Both the position numbers and the translations under genes were made by a program. Below are positions 36,594 through 48,572 of a stretch of DNA of 64,000 nt, piece by piece. Location: the NCBI GenBank assembly GCA_965603825.1, contig CBFDEM010000043.1:1-64000 (forward strand). The letters are read 5' to 3'. The notes below the pieces were generated by a model. It did no database searches. It saw only the letters and a list, made by a program, of their open reading frames with translations, and was not told the origin of the DNA. This DNA is from Blepharisma stoltei ATCC 30299 (taxonomy: Eukaryota > Protista > Ciliophora). Each line of letters starts with the position of its first letter. Within the stretch, counting starts at the first letter, position 1.

Positions 36594-38216
36594 ATGGCCG
36601 ATATGGATGAAAGGCTCAAAGTCTTTCAAGGGATTTTTGCTGATAGAGTTGTAAAAACCCCTGAAGAGGTCCACAGCGTCGTAGCAACAGAGTCCTGCTT
36701 AATCCTAGGACTAAGATCAGGAAAAATCATGATCCGCGTCATAGAAGAAGATTTAGACGAGCTCATCGAAGCCCATTCCTCAGCAGTCAATATTTTAATT
36801 ATTTCTGAAGATAATAAATACATTATCTCTGGAGGCCAAGACAAAAAAGTTATCATCTGAAATCTCGAAACTTTCGAACAAGAAGCCAGTTTGCCAGCCC
36901 ACAATGCTGTTGTTACCTGCTTATGCACAAAAAATGGCTTTTTATACACAGGCAGCGTCGACGAATCAGTAAAAATCTGGGACCTAGAATCCAAAGAAAT
37001 TGCAAATGAAATTAAATTTGAAACCTCAGTCTGCTCAATCAAGGCTACTGATGATTTTTTAATAGTCGGCTGTGACGATGGCAGCATAAGAGTCCATAAT
37101 ATTGAAGGACTAGACGTTTCTTTCGTATTAGTTGGGCATGAAGACGCAGTCTGGACTATTGACGTATGGAATAATGTTATGGTGAGTGGAGGATTTGATG
37201 GAAGAATTCTAATTTGTGACTTAAAAACACAGTCTCAAGAAGTCTTAGGCGAGCACCAAGGAGTTGTGAATAAAGTAATGATTATTGATCCGAGTGGAGC
37301 TAATATTCCTATGATTATTTCAGGAGGGTCAGACAACTTGATAAAAATCTGGAGCTTGGAGGGGCTTAAAGATACGTTAGAGTACCACCAAAATTCAATT
37401 AGCTCAATATTTAATATTGACTATTATTTGATTACAGCTAGCTTTGACAAGACTGTAAGGATGTGAAACTGGATGAATACAATGAAGACCAAAAAGGTTT
37501 TTACACATAATTACCCAATAGTCGGCTTAGCCACTGACTCTGAAGGGAATTTTTACTATACAAGTGAAGAGTCAATTGTAAGACAAAAAGCTAATGATAT
37601 GAGGGACAAAAAGGTTTTTAAGGACTTTGAAGGGAAAGTGACTTGTGCTGCGCTTGATGAGTCTTCAAGTATTTTAGCTTGTGGAAGCCGTGATAGAATG
37701 GTGAGGCTTTTAAGTGTCCCTGAGCTAAATTTAGCGACTATGTTTGTAGATCACGAATCAATAGTTACTGGTGTAGGTCTGCATCAAGGACTTTTGGTAT
37801 CTGCAGATAGCTCAGGGAATATGATTCTTTGTGATTATGGCTCAGTACAGAACAGGCATTCCATTGAAGCACCAATATCCAGCGTCCAAATAAACCAAGA
37901 CTATATTTCGTGTACCACTTCTACTTCTCTGTATATATTTTCCCACTCTTTTGCTCCAGTCAGCTCAGCTGAGCTAGAAAAACCAGCATTAAGCCATTGC
38001 TTTACAGAGGATTCTGCATATATTATTCTCTCAACTGAAGACTCTATACAAATACACAGCGTTCCAGCCCTAGCAAAGGTAGCAGCTTTTCCTGTGCCTT
38101 ATCAAGCAACTTCTCTGTCAATAATCCCTTCAATCCCTTGGATTTTCTGTGCATCAAATAATCATATTTTGATGCTTCCACACTATATAAAAGAATGCGA
38201 GAATTTAATTAAATAA
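36594..38216 (+). CDS. WD40-repeat protein (540 aa)
   Basis: Repeated GH/AH..SG..D..VKIWD units. UGA at WD Trp positions 36858 and 37464. Confidence 0.9.
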
Positions 38217-38446
38217 ATGGGTTAGTGATTAATTAATATTTACTAGAGGAGATGATTGCTTAATACTGTTCTTTTGGAGAAAAATAGCCTTAATTCTTAC
38301 TAAATTTACTATGTTAAATTGGCTTTTAAATCATATTAATGCGCAAATTAGCCTGAAGGCTAATTTTCTTTATTATGCACACATCGCATGCTATAAATAA
38401 TAATAATAATAAATCAATGAAAAATCACTCAAAAACTCGTTTATAA

Positions 38447-39529
38447 ATGGCCAGAAAGGAACTGCTTGCAAACACACAAAAAGAAGTTGTCTCTGGGTCA
38501 CATGAAGAAGAATTCCAAGCAAGCTCCACATGGGCAGGCCTTGACATAGAAATGGAAGTAGAAGACCCATATTTTTCTTCGTATTCCCATTTCGGAATCC
38601 ACGAAGAAATGCTGAAAGACGAAGTCCGCACAGAGTCATACATGAACGCAATAATCCAGAACCCAAATTTATTCCAAGGGAAAATCGTCCTTGATATTGG
38701 CTGTGGGACTGGGATTCTCAGTATCTTTGCAGCCCAAGCTGGAGCCACTCATGTCTATGGAATTGATGCGGCTGATGTGGCAGACCAAGCCCATGAAATC
38801 GTCAGGGATAATGGCTACTCAGAAATCGTGACCATTATTAAAGGGAAAGTTGAGGATATTGAATTGCCTGTATCTAAGGTAGATATCATAATTTCTGAAT
38901 GAATGGGGTATTTTTTATTGTATGAATCAATGCTGGACACTGTGATTTATGCTAGAAATAAATGACTGAAGCCTGATGGGCTAATGTTCCCTGACAAGGC
39001 AAAGCTTTTTATAGCTGGAATTGAAGATGCTGATTACAAAGAGAAAAAGGTAAATTTTTGGGACGATGTATATGGAATTGATATGGGAATTATAAAGCCT
39101 AATGTACTAGCCGAACCCATTGTAGATTTGGTTGAAGCTGAGGCACTAGTGACAACTGATTCATGCATTTTTACAATGGATTTGAAAACTGTAAAAGAAA
39201 ATGAGTATCAAATTGCTACGAGATATACATTGACTGCAACAAGACAAGACTATGTACATGGAATTGTTGCTTGGTTTGACGTAGAGTTCAATCATGGAAG
39301 GGAAAGAATTACGATATCGACAAGTCCAAACAGAAATTACACACATTGGAAGCAGACCGTGTTTTATTTAAATGATGTATTACCTGTTATGGTAGGAGAA
39401 GAAATTATAGGTAGCTTAGCAATTCGCAAAAATCCTGAGCATAAAAGAGATTTGGATGTTAAAATTTCTTATCATTTTGACGGGACTAAGCATACTTATC
39501 ACGATTACAGATATTATAAAATCAAATAA
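38447..39529 (+). CDS. PRMT1: Type I protein arginine methyltransferase
   Basis: [49 protein letters not shown] (W=UGA 38900), [11 protein letters not shown]. Confidence 0.95.
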
Positions 39530-39585
39530 TTTTTTATTTAAAAATGAATTTTATTTATATTTGATATTTTGCTACCTAAAATATA

Positions 39586-41307
39586 TTATTCATAAATATA
39601 CCACTTGGAGTAATTTTCACCTTCAGAGACGCACTGATGAGTTATGTCGATTTTTTTATCATCCACTTCAGTCCCAGAAGTTTTAAACGGAATATACAAG
39701 CTGAAAAGCCAACTGCAATCTTCTTGGTTAACCATGTAATCAGTGTATCCCCTTAATAAACAGATTAATGGGTCAAACATAAATAGACAAGTCCCATTTT
39801 CTTTCATGATTTTCATCATGTCGATCCAGCTTTTTCTTTTAGCAGTATTTTGTTTAATTTGGAAAATTTCTTCAAATTCTTCTAGTGACGCAGAATGTGA
39901 AGTAAATTCAAAATAATGCTCAAGCAAATATTCATTTTCATCGACCATTTTAGGGATAATAGAGATTGACAGCTCAGAATCATCATCTGCTTTTTCAATC
40001 AAAAAATTGATCAAGGCATTTAAGATGCAGGAATAAAATGCTTTGTCCCCAAATGAACTTTTTGGATAATTATCTGCTCGTGCTAGAGAAATTGATATTC
40101 TTTTTTGTGAAGCTTTTTGAAAGAGCATTTCAATGACATTGTGGGCTTCGATAAAAAAGTCAAGATAATCACTTTTAAATTCTATTCTTTTCAGACAATA
40201 GCTTTGAAATAAATGTAGACCCCTCATTTCATTTTTAAGCAAATTAAATTCCGCCAAAAACTTTGAACTCAAAGGCTGTTCTTTTTCATAGCATTTTATT
40301 AATTTATTTAGCAGTTTTTCTGCTAAAGCCTGCAGGTCTTTATAGCTCTTTATAAGAAGAAATCTGTTAAGGAACCATATAGAGACATCAATAAAAGTGA
40401 TTCTTATTTTTTCTTGATCATATCATTTCACAATGTCAGTTTTTATGATAAATCCAGAATTTTGAACATTTGTTGAATTAAAATCTGTAAGGTTTTTAAA
40501 TATCGTAGATTCCTCGTCTCTTGCTTCGCCTTCTGCTTTATATGCATTTAAAATCAAGCTATTTGCTCAAGATGAACGATCATCATCAAAAATGTCTTGA
40601 AATCTTCCATATTTAAGCATATTTTCAGGTTTTCCATTCTGTTCAGCTATTGCCAAAGCCTTTTTATTATAATACGAAATGCCGCCTTCTTTATTTAATA
40701 TATAAACTGCAGAGTGAGAGTTCTCTGTTATATTTTCAAATTCATCACATCGTTTTTTAGTGCAAGAGTATCGTATTCAAATATTTCTGTAATCATTTTC
40801 AAAAATAACGCTGATAACTGTATAAAAAATAGACGTGAAAATCATCCCTCGCAGATTTTGCCCTGTATAGATAAAAACAATAATTGCTTCAAAGATACTA
40901 TAAAATAAAGTATATTTTCACTGTTTTATACAGAGGAATGTAAAGCAAAAGCAAGGGAAGAGGGCACCAATATTTTCTAAGAGATTGCTTGTTTCGATGT
41001 TTCTTAGATGAAACTGGATGCAAGCGAACTCAGCAATTAAGCGCTTGATGTGAATATTGATATGTGTAAGTCCGAAAAAAGGAATCAGTGAAATAGCAGA
41101 GATTGCTACCCTTTCATCATAGAAGTCTAATAAACTAGCTGAGAGGATTGATAAGAAAATAAAGCACGCTCATGAATATCTTTTATAAGTAATTAGGCAG
41201 CTTCTCGTGTCTTCTTGGAATTTTTTTTCTATTGAGGGCAGTAGAAACTCTAAAAGCATATTTTTGCTGAACCAAGCATCCTTCAATCCATCTTCACACA
41301 TAAACAT
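39586..41307 (-). CDS. Multi-pass membrane protein with PAS-like and degenerate histidine-kinase-like domains (573 aa)
   Basis: Continuous frame from ATG 41307 with five UGA. About 5 N-terminal TM helices, PAS-like FENITENSHSAVYILNKEGGISYYNKKA, HATPase-like tail (CILNALINFLIEK..LRGY..FSLYIPF). Confidence 0.72.
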
Positions 41308-42228
41308 TATAAAAACAAAAAGCCATTAAAATTGCATTGGTTTTTCATAGCTGTAAATAAATTTAAGAGTATCTCATGTATGGAAAAAAGCCGGGTCACA
41401 CCCTTATTAAGGTAAATTAATTTAACTTATTTTAAGCCTTTATGAGAAAATCGTTTGCTGAAAGATTCTTTTAATCGGTATGAACAAGCATTCTCAGCCA
41501 TATTCACCTCCTTTAATAGCTCTGCTTTAAAAAGGCTAGAAAATAAGCAGTCGTGCTAGTGAGAATGGAGGAATTTTACAATTTTTGGCTACAAAATTGC
41601 AATTATTTCTATCTTCAATCTTTGATGGATAGCAATAATAACTGTTTAAAATATCATGCCATTATATCTTTGTTTCTACTAAGCAATTTTATCATAAAAA
41701 TTGCAAAAAGTAATTCGATAAGCTACCAAAAAATTTATTTTGATTAAATCCATACTTTGAAAAGATTTGCTGTCTTTTAGATTTAAAAATTCTGCATGCG
41801 ATAAGAATTGGATGCATATTTAAATAATATAACCTAATTTTATTTAGATAATTAACAGATGAGAATAAGATTTTTAAAGCTGTTTGAAAAACTGTTTTGA
41901 TACTTTTGATATTGAAATTCTATAATTTATTATATCTACTAAAAGAATTATTTTAGCATCGATAAATCTTTTCAATAAACAACTAAAGCTATACTTTCAA
42001 TTACTACATGCTTTTAATCCAAAAGTTTGCAATCTTTTTATATAATTTAGTAGCTCTCAAAACTCTTGACCAAAAATTCTTTATTGCTTATTTCTTTCTT
42101 AATATTTTTCGTAAATCGTTAGCAAGAATTCTTATAATAATTAAAAAAATCTTGAAATTTAAATATAAAATCTTTATTTTCTAGCTATTAAATTATTTAT
42201 TGATTAAGTTAACTAGCCTTTTCCAAAC

Positions 42229-43320
42229 TTAAGCCTGAGCTTCTGCTTTATGATCTTCATGGTGCTCTTCATGATGATGCTCTTCGTGATGCTCTTCGTG
42301 ATGTTGTTCTTCATGGTGCACTTCATGGTGCTCTTCATGATGTTCTTTATGCTTTTCTTTCTTTTTATCATCATCGCTTGAGGAACTTGACGATGAGCTG
42401 GATGATGATCCCTCCTTCTTTTCCTTATGGTGCTTTTCTTTATGGTGCTTTTCCTTATTATGCGTCTCTTCTGTCACCTCCACTTTAGTCTCAACAGTTA
42501 CCCCACCTTTCACTTCAACCTTTTCAGTTTTCTTGCTTTTGCCAAGAATTTCGGTCATTTGAGTCTTAATAATTGCAGGTCTTTGGCTTAGCACTACAAG
42601 CCTAATCCCATGAGGAGTCAATAAATTTGAGTTTTCTTCCTCATCGAAGACTTTAAGGAAATCTTGTAAAGAAATGTGCTCTTTTGGTTTGGCTTCTCCA
42701 ACTTTAGCCTCGTGCTTCTCTTCTTCTTTTTTCTCTTCCTTTTTTTCCTCTGTCTTTTTGGTTCCTTTTTTATCTTCGCTAAGGAAAGTTTTGACGATCT
42801 GCAGGATGCCTTTATCTTTATATTCATTTAGAAGCCTCACATAATTTGCCCATTTTTCCTCAGTAACTGTAGCTCCAGGCCCATGAAGTAGGGTTAGTTT
42901 ATTAATAGCAATGTCAACCATTTCAGCAACTAAAGCGTGGATTTCAGCTCTGTGAAGTTCTTTTGTATCCATTGGATCTCTTGTCTCAAACAGGAGTTTT
43001 GCTTTATCTCTTGCACTTCCTTGGCTTAGCATTGCTCCAAGAACGAGCATTATGCGAAGTGGGAATTTTCCATCCTTATTCTTTAGTGAGGTAAAGAAAT
43101 CAGCAGCCTTTGGATTTTGGGCAGTGCTTTCGACATTGAGGCTTAGATAAGAAACGATATCACGCCACTGTTCAGCGTTAATTTCAAAAGCTGCTGAGTA
43201 TTTATGCTTGCAAAAATCCACAGTTTTGCAGTTATTGTGAGCATAGTTCAGTTGTGCTTCCTGACAAAGCAATACACGCTCTTCATCAGACAGTTCAGCT
43301 CTGCTTCCTTGGCAACCCAT
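42229..43320 (-). CDS. N-acylated EF-hand-like protein with His/Glu-rich tail
   Basis: MGCQGS myristoylation/palmitoylation motif. DKAKLLFETRDPMDTKELHRAEI is EF-hand-like. Poly-Ser and EEHH repeats at the C-terminus. Confidence 0.82.
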   Translation of the reverse strand: MGCQGSRAELSDEERVLLCQEAQLNYAHNNCKTVDFCKHKYSAAFEINAEQWRDIVSYLSLNVESTAQNPKAADFFTSLKNKDGKFPLRIMLVLGAMLSQGSARDKAKLLFETRDPMDTKELHRAEIHALVAEMVDIAINKLTLLHGPGATVTEEKWANYVRLLNEYKDKGILQIVKTFLSEDKKGTKKTEEKKEEKKEEEKHEAKVGEAKPKEHISLQDFLKVFDEEENSNLLTPHGIRLVVLSQRPAIIKTQMTEILGKSKKTEKVEVKGGVTVETKVEVTEETHNKEKHHKEKHHKEKKEGSSSSSSSSSSSDDDKKKEKHKEHHEEHHEVHHEEQHHEEHHEEHHHEEHHEDHKAEAQA

Positions 43321-43643
43321 ATTTATTAAAACCAATGGTTTTTGAATACTTCAAATAGTCTAATCTAAGTTTTTATTAGATCATTTTAAATTATTATATT
43401 AGGCCTTATCTATTGATATTAGATAAATCCTTTTTGTGTCTTTTTTAACTGAAAATTTAACTAACTATGCAAAAGAAATTTTCTATAGGTAGTTTAAAAA
43501 GTCTCAATTTACCAACTCAATTTTTTTTGGAAGCAGCTTGCTCTAAATTTCTATGATTATGATAATTTTGAGAATTCTAGAAGCCACATATACTTACAAG
43601 TTTACCAATTATATTGGAAATGATGATAAACGTATAGTAAAAG

Positions 43644-43826
43644 ATGGAAGACTCTAACATTTCCTCAAAGCTCTCAAAACCTGAAGATGCTGAGTACGTA
43701 GCAACGGTACTAGGCCTCATCTGCTGTCCAGTAAGCAATTCTGCTCCAGAAACTGTAGAAAGGCCAGTCGAAACCACTTCATTGTTAAGACCGATGCCAG
43801 ATGGATCAACAACTACAAGTGATTAA
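43644..43826 (+). CDS. Possible 60-aa small protein
   Basis: ATG to TAA, GC elevated over flanks. No motif recognised. Confidence 0.4.
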   Translation: MEDSNISSKLSKPEDAEYVATVLGLICCPVSNSAPETVERPVETTSLLRPMPDGSTTTSD

Positions 43827-43911
43827 ATTTATAATTATGAGTTTTAAGTACCTAATCCAAAGTTTTCTTAATTAGTGTTCTTCTCAGAAGCCATAAATAA
43901 TTTTGTAATAG

Positions 43912-44922
43912 ATGGATTTGGCGTTTATTCACAACAGAAAACCAATTAGTTTCTTAGAAGTAGACGCCCCAAGGGTAAATGAGAAAGACGCCTATAACTT
44001 TTTAGAGTCGAAGTTTGACATGTACCAGATAACACCGTATGATTCTTATCAAAAAGCAAGATCCTTTGCATTCTTAGAGCACCTTCTGAGGATTACAACT
44101 CCTAAAGTTGAAATTGTCAGGTTTATGAGTGGGACAAATTCTATTTTAGCAAAAAAATTCACTGAGATTTTAAAAATAAATGAAGGTGCCCAAGGTGAAG
44201 CGTTAAAAATGTTGCAAAATGAAATCTCAGAAGAGGATCTTAGCTCGATTCCACCCAATCTAAATCATTTGACAACTTACAAGCTGCAAAAAGGCCAGCT
44301 AATGGTATACGAAGAGCCTGATAATAAAAGAATGAGGTCATATTGCTATATTTTGATATCGAAAAAAAGGTTTTTTATTTTATACACCCCAATTATGACT
44401 TTTGTAGATGGTTTTGACCCATTCTCAGGAAATAAAATAACTCCTCTAATCCCTCCAAATTTTGTAGCTTGCTCTGCAAGGGTTTTATATATCAACTATA
44501 ACAAAAACTACGATGAAGCCTTTCCTGCAATTCAGCGAAGAATTACTAAGGAGCCTTCAATAAAAGGTCCACCAAAGATTGAAAAGATTGAGAAAAAGCC
44601 GAGCGGGATGTCAGTATTTAATGCAGATGATGACAAAATCCTTGAGCCTACTGCCTCAGAGCCAATATTTTCAGAAGAAAGCTTCAAAGAAAGCGAAATC
44701 AGGCCACCCCAAAGGCAGGAAAATGAAGAAATAGAAGAAGACGAAGAATTTTCTGTTGATGATATTAACTTTAATACAGCCAAAGAAGAGTCTGAAGAGG
44801 AAACAGAAACTGAAACAATGCCAGAGCCTGACTTTAAAGCAATTCAGTGGAAAAACACTGAAAGAAAAATCCGTAGTAATAGAGAAGAACTGTGTGGAGC
44901 TGGGAGCTGTCTATTATTTTAA
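43912..44922 (+). CDS. Hypothetical protein with acidic region and C-terminal CaaX (CLLF)
   Basis: 336-aa ORF ending LCGAGSCLLF*. Confidence 0.8.
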   Translation: MDLAFIHNRKPISFLEVDAPRVNEKDAYNFLESKFDMYQITPYDSYQKARSFAFLEHLLRITTPKVEIVRFMSGTNSILAKKFTEILKINEGAQGEALKMLQNEISEEDLSSIPPNLNHLTTYKLQKGQLMVYEEPDNKRMRSYCYILISKKRFFILYTPIMTFVDGFDPFSGNKITPLIPPNFVACSARVLYINYNKNYDEAFPAIQRRITKEPSIKGPPKIEKIEKKPSGMSVFNADDDKILEPTASEPIFSEESFKESEIRPPQRQENEEIEEDEEFSVDDINFNTAKEESEEETETETMPEPDFKAIQWKNTERKIRSNREELCGAGSCLLF

Positions 44923-44932
44923 TAATTAATAT

Positions 44933-45727
44933 ATGAGAAAAGATGCTTTTTCTGCTTATTTGTTAGCACAAGGCTTTTATATTATGGTTCACTTATTTGT
45001 GATATTGATTTTTTATCTGTATCCTAATGATATAGCAAACTCTTGTACGGAAAATGATATATCTTGCTTATATTTCCCAACGCTAAAAATATCAGCTTCA
45101 ATTTTATATTTTTTTACTAGAAGAAAGCCTGGATTTTTAAGTAGATCAAAAATTCTTCAGGAAATTGAATTGTCGAGTGAAGAAGATTGGGAAATTCCTA
45201 AGCAGGGCTATTGTGATGTATGCAATATAATCCAGCCTTATAGATCTCGCCATTGCAAAAAATGTGAAGAATGCGTTGCTAAGTTTGACCATCATTGTTT
45301 CTGGATTGGATCTTGCATAGGAGAGCTGAACCATTTCCGGTTTTGTTTGTATCTTGCATTGGAAAGCGCCGCGATTGATTGGGCAGCTTATAATTGCTTA
45401 AGTGGACTATCTGAGGATCAAGAAGCTTATGGCGCATTTATTGTAGCGCTTATAATTTCAGGACTTTTTGGGATATTGACGACTGGATTGTGCATTTTTC
45501 ATATATATTTAGTCAGCTCTGGTTACACAACATGAGAATTTGTTAAAAGGGATTCAATAAATTACTTTAAAATTTACCCTTCAAGTTTTCATCCGTTTGA
45601 TCTTGGAGTCATTCAAAACTGGAAAGCAGCCATTTTTGACAAAGAAATTAGACAGTGGACTCTGCCAAGACCGATGCCAGTTTACCCATTCAATTGATGT
45701 GACAACGAATATTGGAGCTGCTGTTAA
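44933..45727 (+). CDS. DHHC protein S-acyltransferase (264 aa)
   Basis: CDVC..QPYRSRHCKKCEECVAKFDHHCFWIGSCIG, TTWE (W=UGA 45533), PFDLG, C-term NEYWSCC. Confidence 0.94.
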
Positions 45728-45730
45728 AAT

Positions 45731-46354
45731 TTATTTATTAACTCTTTTCATATCGAATCTTAATTGCTTTCTTAATTTTTTGAGCCCTTCTGTAGTCAGA
45801 ACTTCGTTTGGCTCAACTTTTATATACAAGCTTCTCTTATATCTTTTTCTCTTTTTAGCCATCATTTCATCATATACTAGATTTACAGACTCTTTTAGCT
45901 CGTTTCCTAGCTTCTGGAAAAATACTTTACCATTATCATAGTAAGGTTTTAAATTGTTCGATTTTTCTTTTTCTATTTCGGAAAGAATGTGATCGATGCC
46001 TTGTAGACGATTTTGAGAGCCAGGATGAAAATTCGGCTGAGATTGAATTTTGGAAAGTTCAGAGAAGCGAAATTTACAAGGAAATGAAGTGGTCGAAGAG
46101 ACTGTATAACAGCCTGTGCTGTCTTGAGACGTCGGTCGATATGAGTTTGCGAGAGGCTTGGCAGTGATAGTTGTGGACCTTTTGCGGCCTTGTGAAAGAA
46201 GCCCAGGGCGGAGAAGATGATGAGTTATCTTATTTGATCCCTTGGGTAGCGTTTTCGAACCACTTTCTACTGTACGGTAAAATAGCTTCGGGCTTGTTGG
46301 AGCAGAAACAAAGGAGATTTTTGGAACTGCACGTTTTTTCAGACCAGTTTCCAT
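45731..46354 (-). CDS. Hypothetical basic Ser/Thr-rich protein
   Basis: 207-aa ORF, ATG to TAA. Confidence 0.7.
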   Translation of the reverse strand: METGLKKRAVPKISFVSAPTSPKLFYRTVESGSKTLPKGSNKITHHLLRPGLLSQGRKRSTTITAKPLANSYRPTSQDSTGCYTVSSTTSFPCKFRFSELSKIQSQPNFHPGSQNRLQGIDHILSEIEKEKSNNLKPYYDNGKVFFQKLGNELKESVNLVYDEMMAKKRKRYKRSLYIKVEPNEVLTTEGLKKLRKQLRFDMKRVNK

Positions 46355-47037
46355 AACAAAAAAAATGAATTCAACTTAATTATAATTAATGCCAATAAAA
46401 ATAAAGCTTATATTTCTCCTAATTTCCATTTAACTTTAATTCTGATTAAATAATCGACTTAATTTCAGAATTTCTGATTTTATGCAAGATATGAAAGTAA
46501 AAAGATTCTAAGGGCAGATTTGTTGCAATAAATCAATATAATAATCAGCAAGCCATTTTAAAAGCTTATAAAGCATAAATAATAGCTACAATGATTTTAG
46601 CTTTGATTTTGCAATATGAATTTCATTTAAAAAGTTCTTTTTGGGAAAAAGTCAAATTTCCACCACATTTTGCTATAATGAAAAGTTGGTCATAAAGACA
46701 GATTTTAAAAATTTATTTTTTGACCTTAATTACAAATCGCATCTAGCAATTTTTTGTAGAGTGAAATTTTAATAAATTTGATTAATGAAATAAGCGATAT
46801 ATGCTTCGTTTGATTTTTGTTATTTCTGAAAAAAGGCAGCAATAATAATATATATTAAGAATCATTTTACAGCCTTTATTATACTAAATTTCATGCCATG
46901 ATTTAATAAATATAATTTAATTTTCTAAATTTGATTAGAGAATTCACTATTTTCATCAAATTTCCAAATAAAAACTCATTTATAAAGGAAACTAATATTA
47001 GTATAGCTAAACCATTCTATTAACATAATAATTCATT

Positions 47038-47868
47038 TTAATGCTGAATCCTACACAACGGACATATTGGCCGCCTTTCAAACCATTTAATTAAGCAATT
47101 TTCGTGAAACTGATGTCCACATGAATTTATTTCAAGTGCTATATCACCCTTTATTAAATTTTCCAGACAAACAGCACAGGTTTTTTCATCCCCTTTTGGA
47201 TCATAGCTAATCCGCTTATAAGCTACCCCAGTTCCATCACTTGGTGGATAAATTTCACTTTCTTCAGTTTCTACAATCAATCTTCCGTCAAGGTCTGGGT
47301 TATCAATTGAGTATTCTATAACATAATCTCTATATATTTTATTGGCATCAAAATACCTTAATACTCCTAATAAAATACTGAATAAAATTACAGTACCGAC
47401 ATAAATAATCGCATTGAAATTGAAATTTTTAGACTCAATTATGTTGTATGCGATTACCCAGGACTGTATAAACAACTCTAAAAATACCGTCATATAATAT
47501 TTCCCAAAAAAAACACATAAAGTTAACTTGTAAATTTCTCTTGTGTCTTTTAGCCCCATAAAGAACATCAAAAATTTCATTACTTTGGGATGCATCGCCA
47601 AAAAAGTATTACAGAAAATAAAGGCAATTGGAAAAAACGCATAGATTCTCAATGAAAAATTAAAAGATGACAATTCTGTCCGATATGCCGATATAAGTAT
47701 TAATAAAATAGGATTTGAAATAAAACTGAGAATTAAAATGCTGACACAAAATCTTTGTAAAATCATAATACTGAATTCCTCAGTCATTAAATACATCAAA
47801 AGTACTGAATCATATAAAATAAACATCCCAAACAGTAAAATTAAATTCAGTTTCTTAAACCAATTCAT
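47038..47868 (-). CDS. Membrane-bound RING-H2 E3 ligase
   Basis: About 5 TM helices, then CAVCLE..CGHQFHENCLIKW..CPLCR. Confidence 0.9.
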   Translation of the reverse strand: MNWFKKLNLILLFGMFILYDSVLLMYLMTEEFSIMILQRFCVSILILSFISNPILLILISAYRTELSSFNFSLRIYAFFPIAFIFCNTFLAMHPKVMKFLMFFMGLKDTREIYKLTLCVFFGKYYMTVFLELFIQSWVIAYNIIESKNFNFNAIIYVGTVILFSILLGVLRYFDANKIYRDYVIEYSIDNPDLDGRLIVETEESEIYPPSDGTGVAYKRISYDPKGDEKTCAVCLENLIKGDIALEINSCGHQFHENCLIKWFERRPICPLCRIQH

Positions 47869-47879
47869 ATTGCTTTTAT

Positions 47880-48572
47880 ATGGAGAGTAATGGAACTTCC
47901 ACTAGTCAGTTGTTGCAGAATAACTTGAAACGAACGAAAACTCCAGTGAATAATCGTATGAGGATGTCTATATTAGAATTCACAAAAACCCGCAGAACCA
48001 ACTCACAGTTGCCGACCTCAGAAGAAATAAAACAAATGTCATCGACATTTCTTGCAAGTAAAAAGAGAAGCTCTGAAATTTCTCCTGACATTATAAAGGT
48101 TAAGTCAGAAAGGACAATAAAACTGCCTAGGCTCAAGCTTAAAAAAGCTTTAGATGGGCTAAATACAGGGGAAAATTGGTTTAAAGAAGAAGAGGAATTG
48201 GATCTTTTAGATCACCAAGGAGCGACGAGATTTTCATCAAGACCAATGGAGCATTCACAAAGAAAATTATTCCCTTCTGCTGAAATTAAAGTTAATGAAT
48301 TTCCTCAATCTATCTCAGAGAGATTTGGGCAAATTGATCCTAACAAAGACCAAGAGCTAGCCAATTATTTGGTGAATTCTAAAAATGCGTTTAAAACGAA
48401 CTGGTCCAAACATATGAGCTTGAAAAACAGGAAATTTTATCCGAATACTCATCCGGAGTTTTATTCAACTCATATGGAGTTTAATAAGAAAAGTGATAAT
48501 ATGGTTGAGTTTAGAGAAGCGATGCTTCTATGCAAAAATATGATGAAAGAAGCTTGGAGTGTTAAAAAATAA
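47880..48572 (+). CDS. Hypothetical protein
   Basis: 230-aa ORF, ATG to TAA. Confidence 0.72.
   Translation: MESNGTSTSQLLQNNLKRTKTPVNNRMRMSILEFTKTRRTNSQLPTSEEIKQMSSTFLASKKRSSEISPDIIKVKSERTIKLPRLKLKKALDGLNTGENWFKEEEELDLLDHQGATRFSSRPMEHSQRKLFPSAEIKVNEFPQSISERFGQIDPNKDQELANYLVNSKNAFKTNWSKHMSLKNRKFYPNTHPEFYSTHMEFNKKSDNMVEFREAMLLCKNMMKEAWSVKK

Noticed and set aside
34414-39529. Chromatin operon (HP1-like, DOT1-like, WD40, PRMT1)
   Set aside because: Mixed orientations and common gene classes in a dense genome. No evidence of co-regulation from sequence alone.
43827-43911. Micro-introns joining the 60-aa ORF to the CaaX gene
   Set aside because: Candidate GT..AG segments lack the -6 A or the right length and do not remove the intervening stops.
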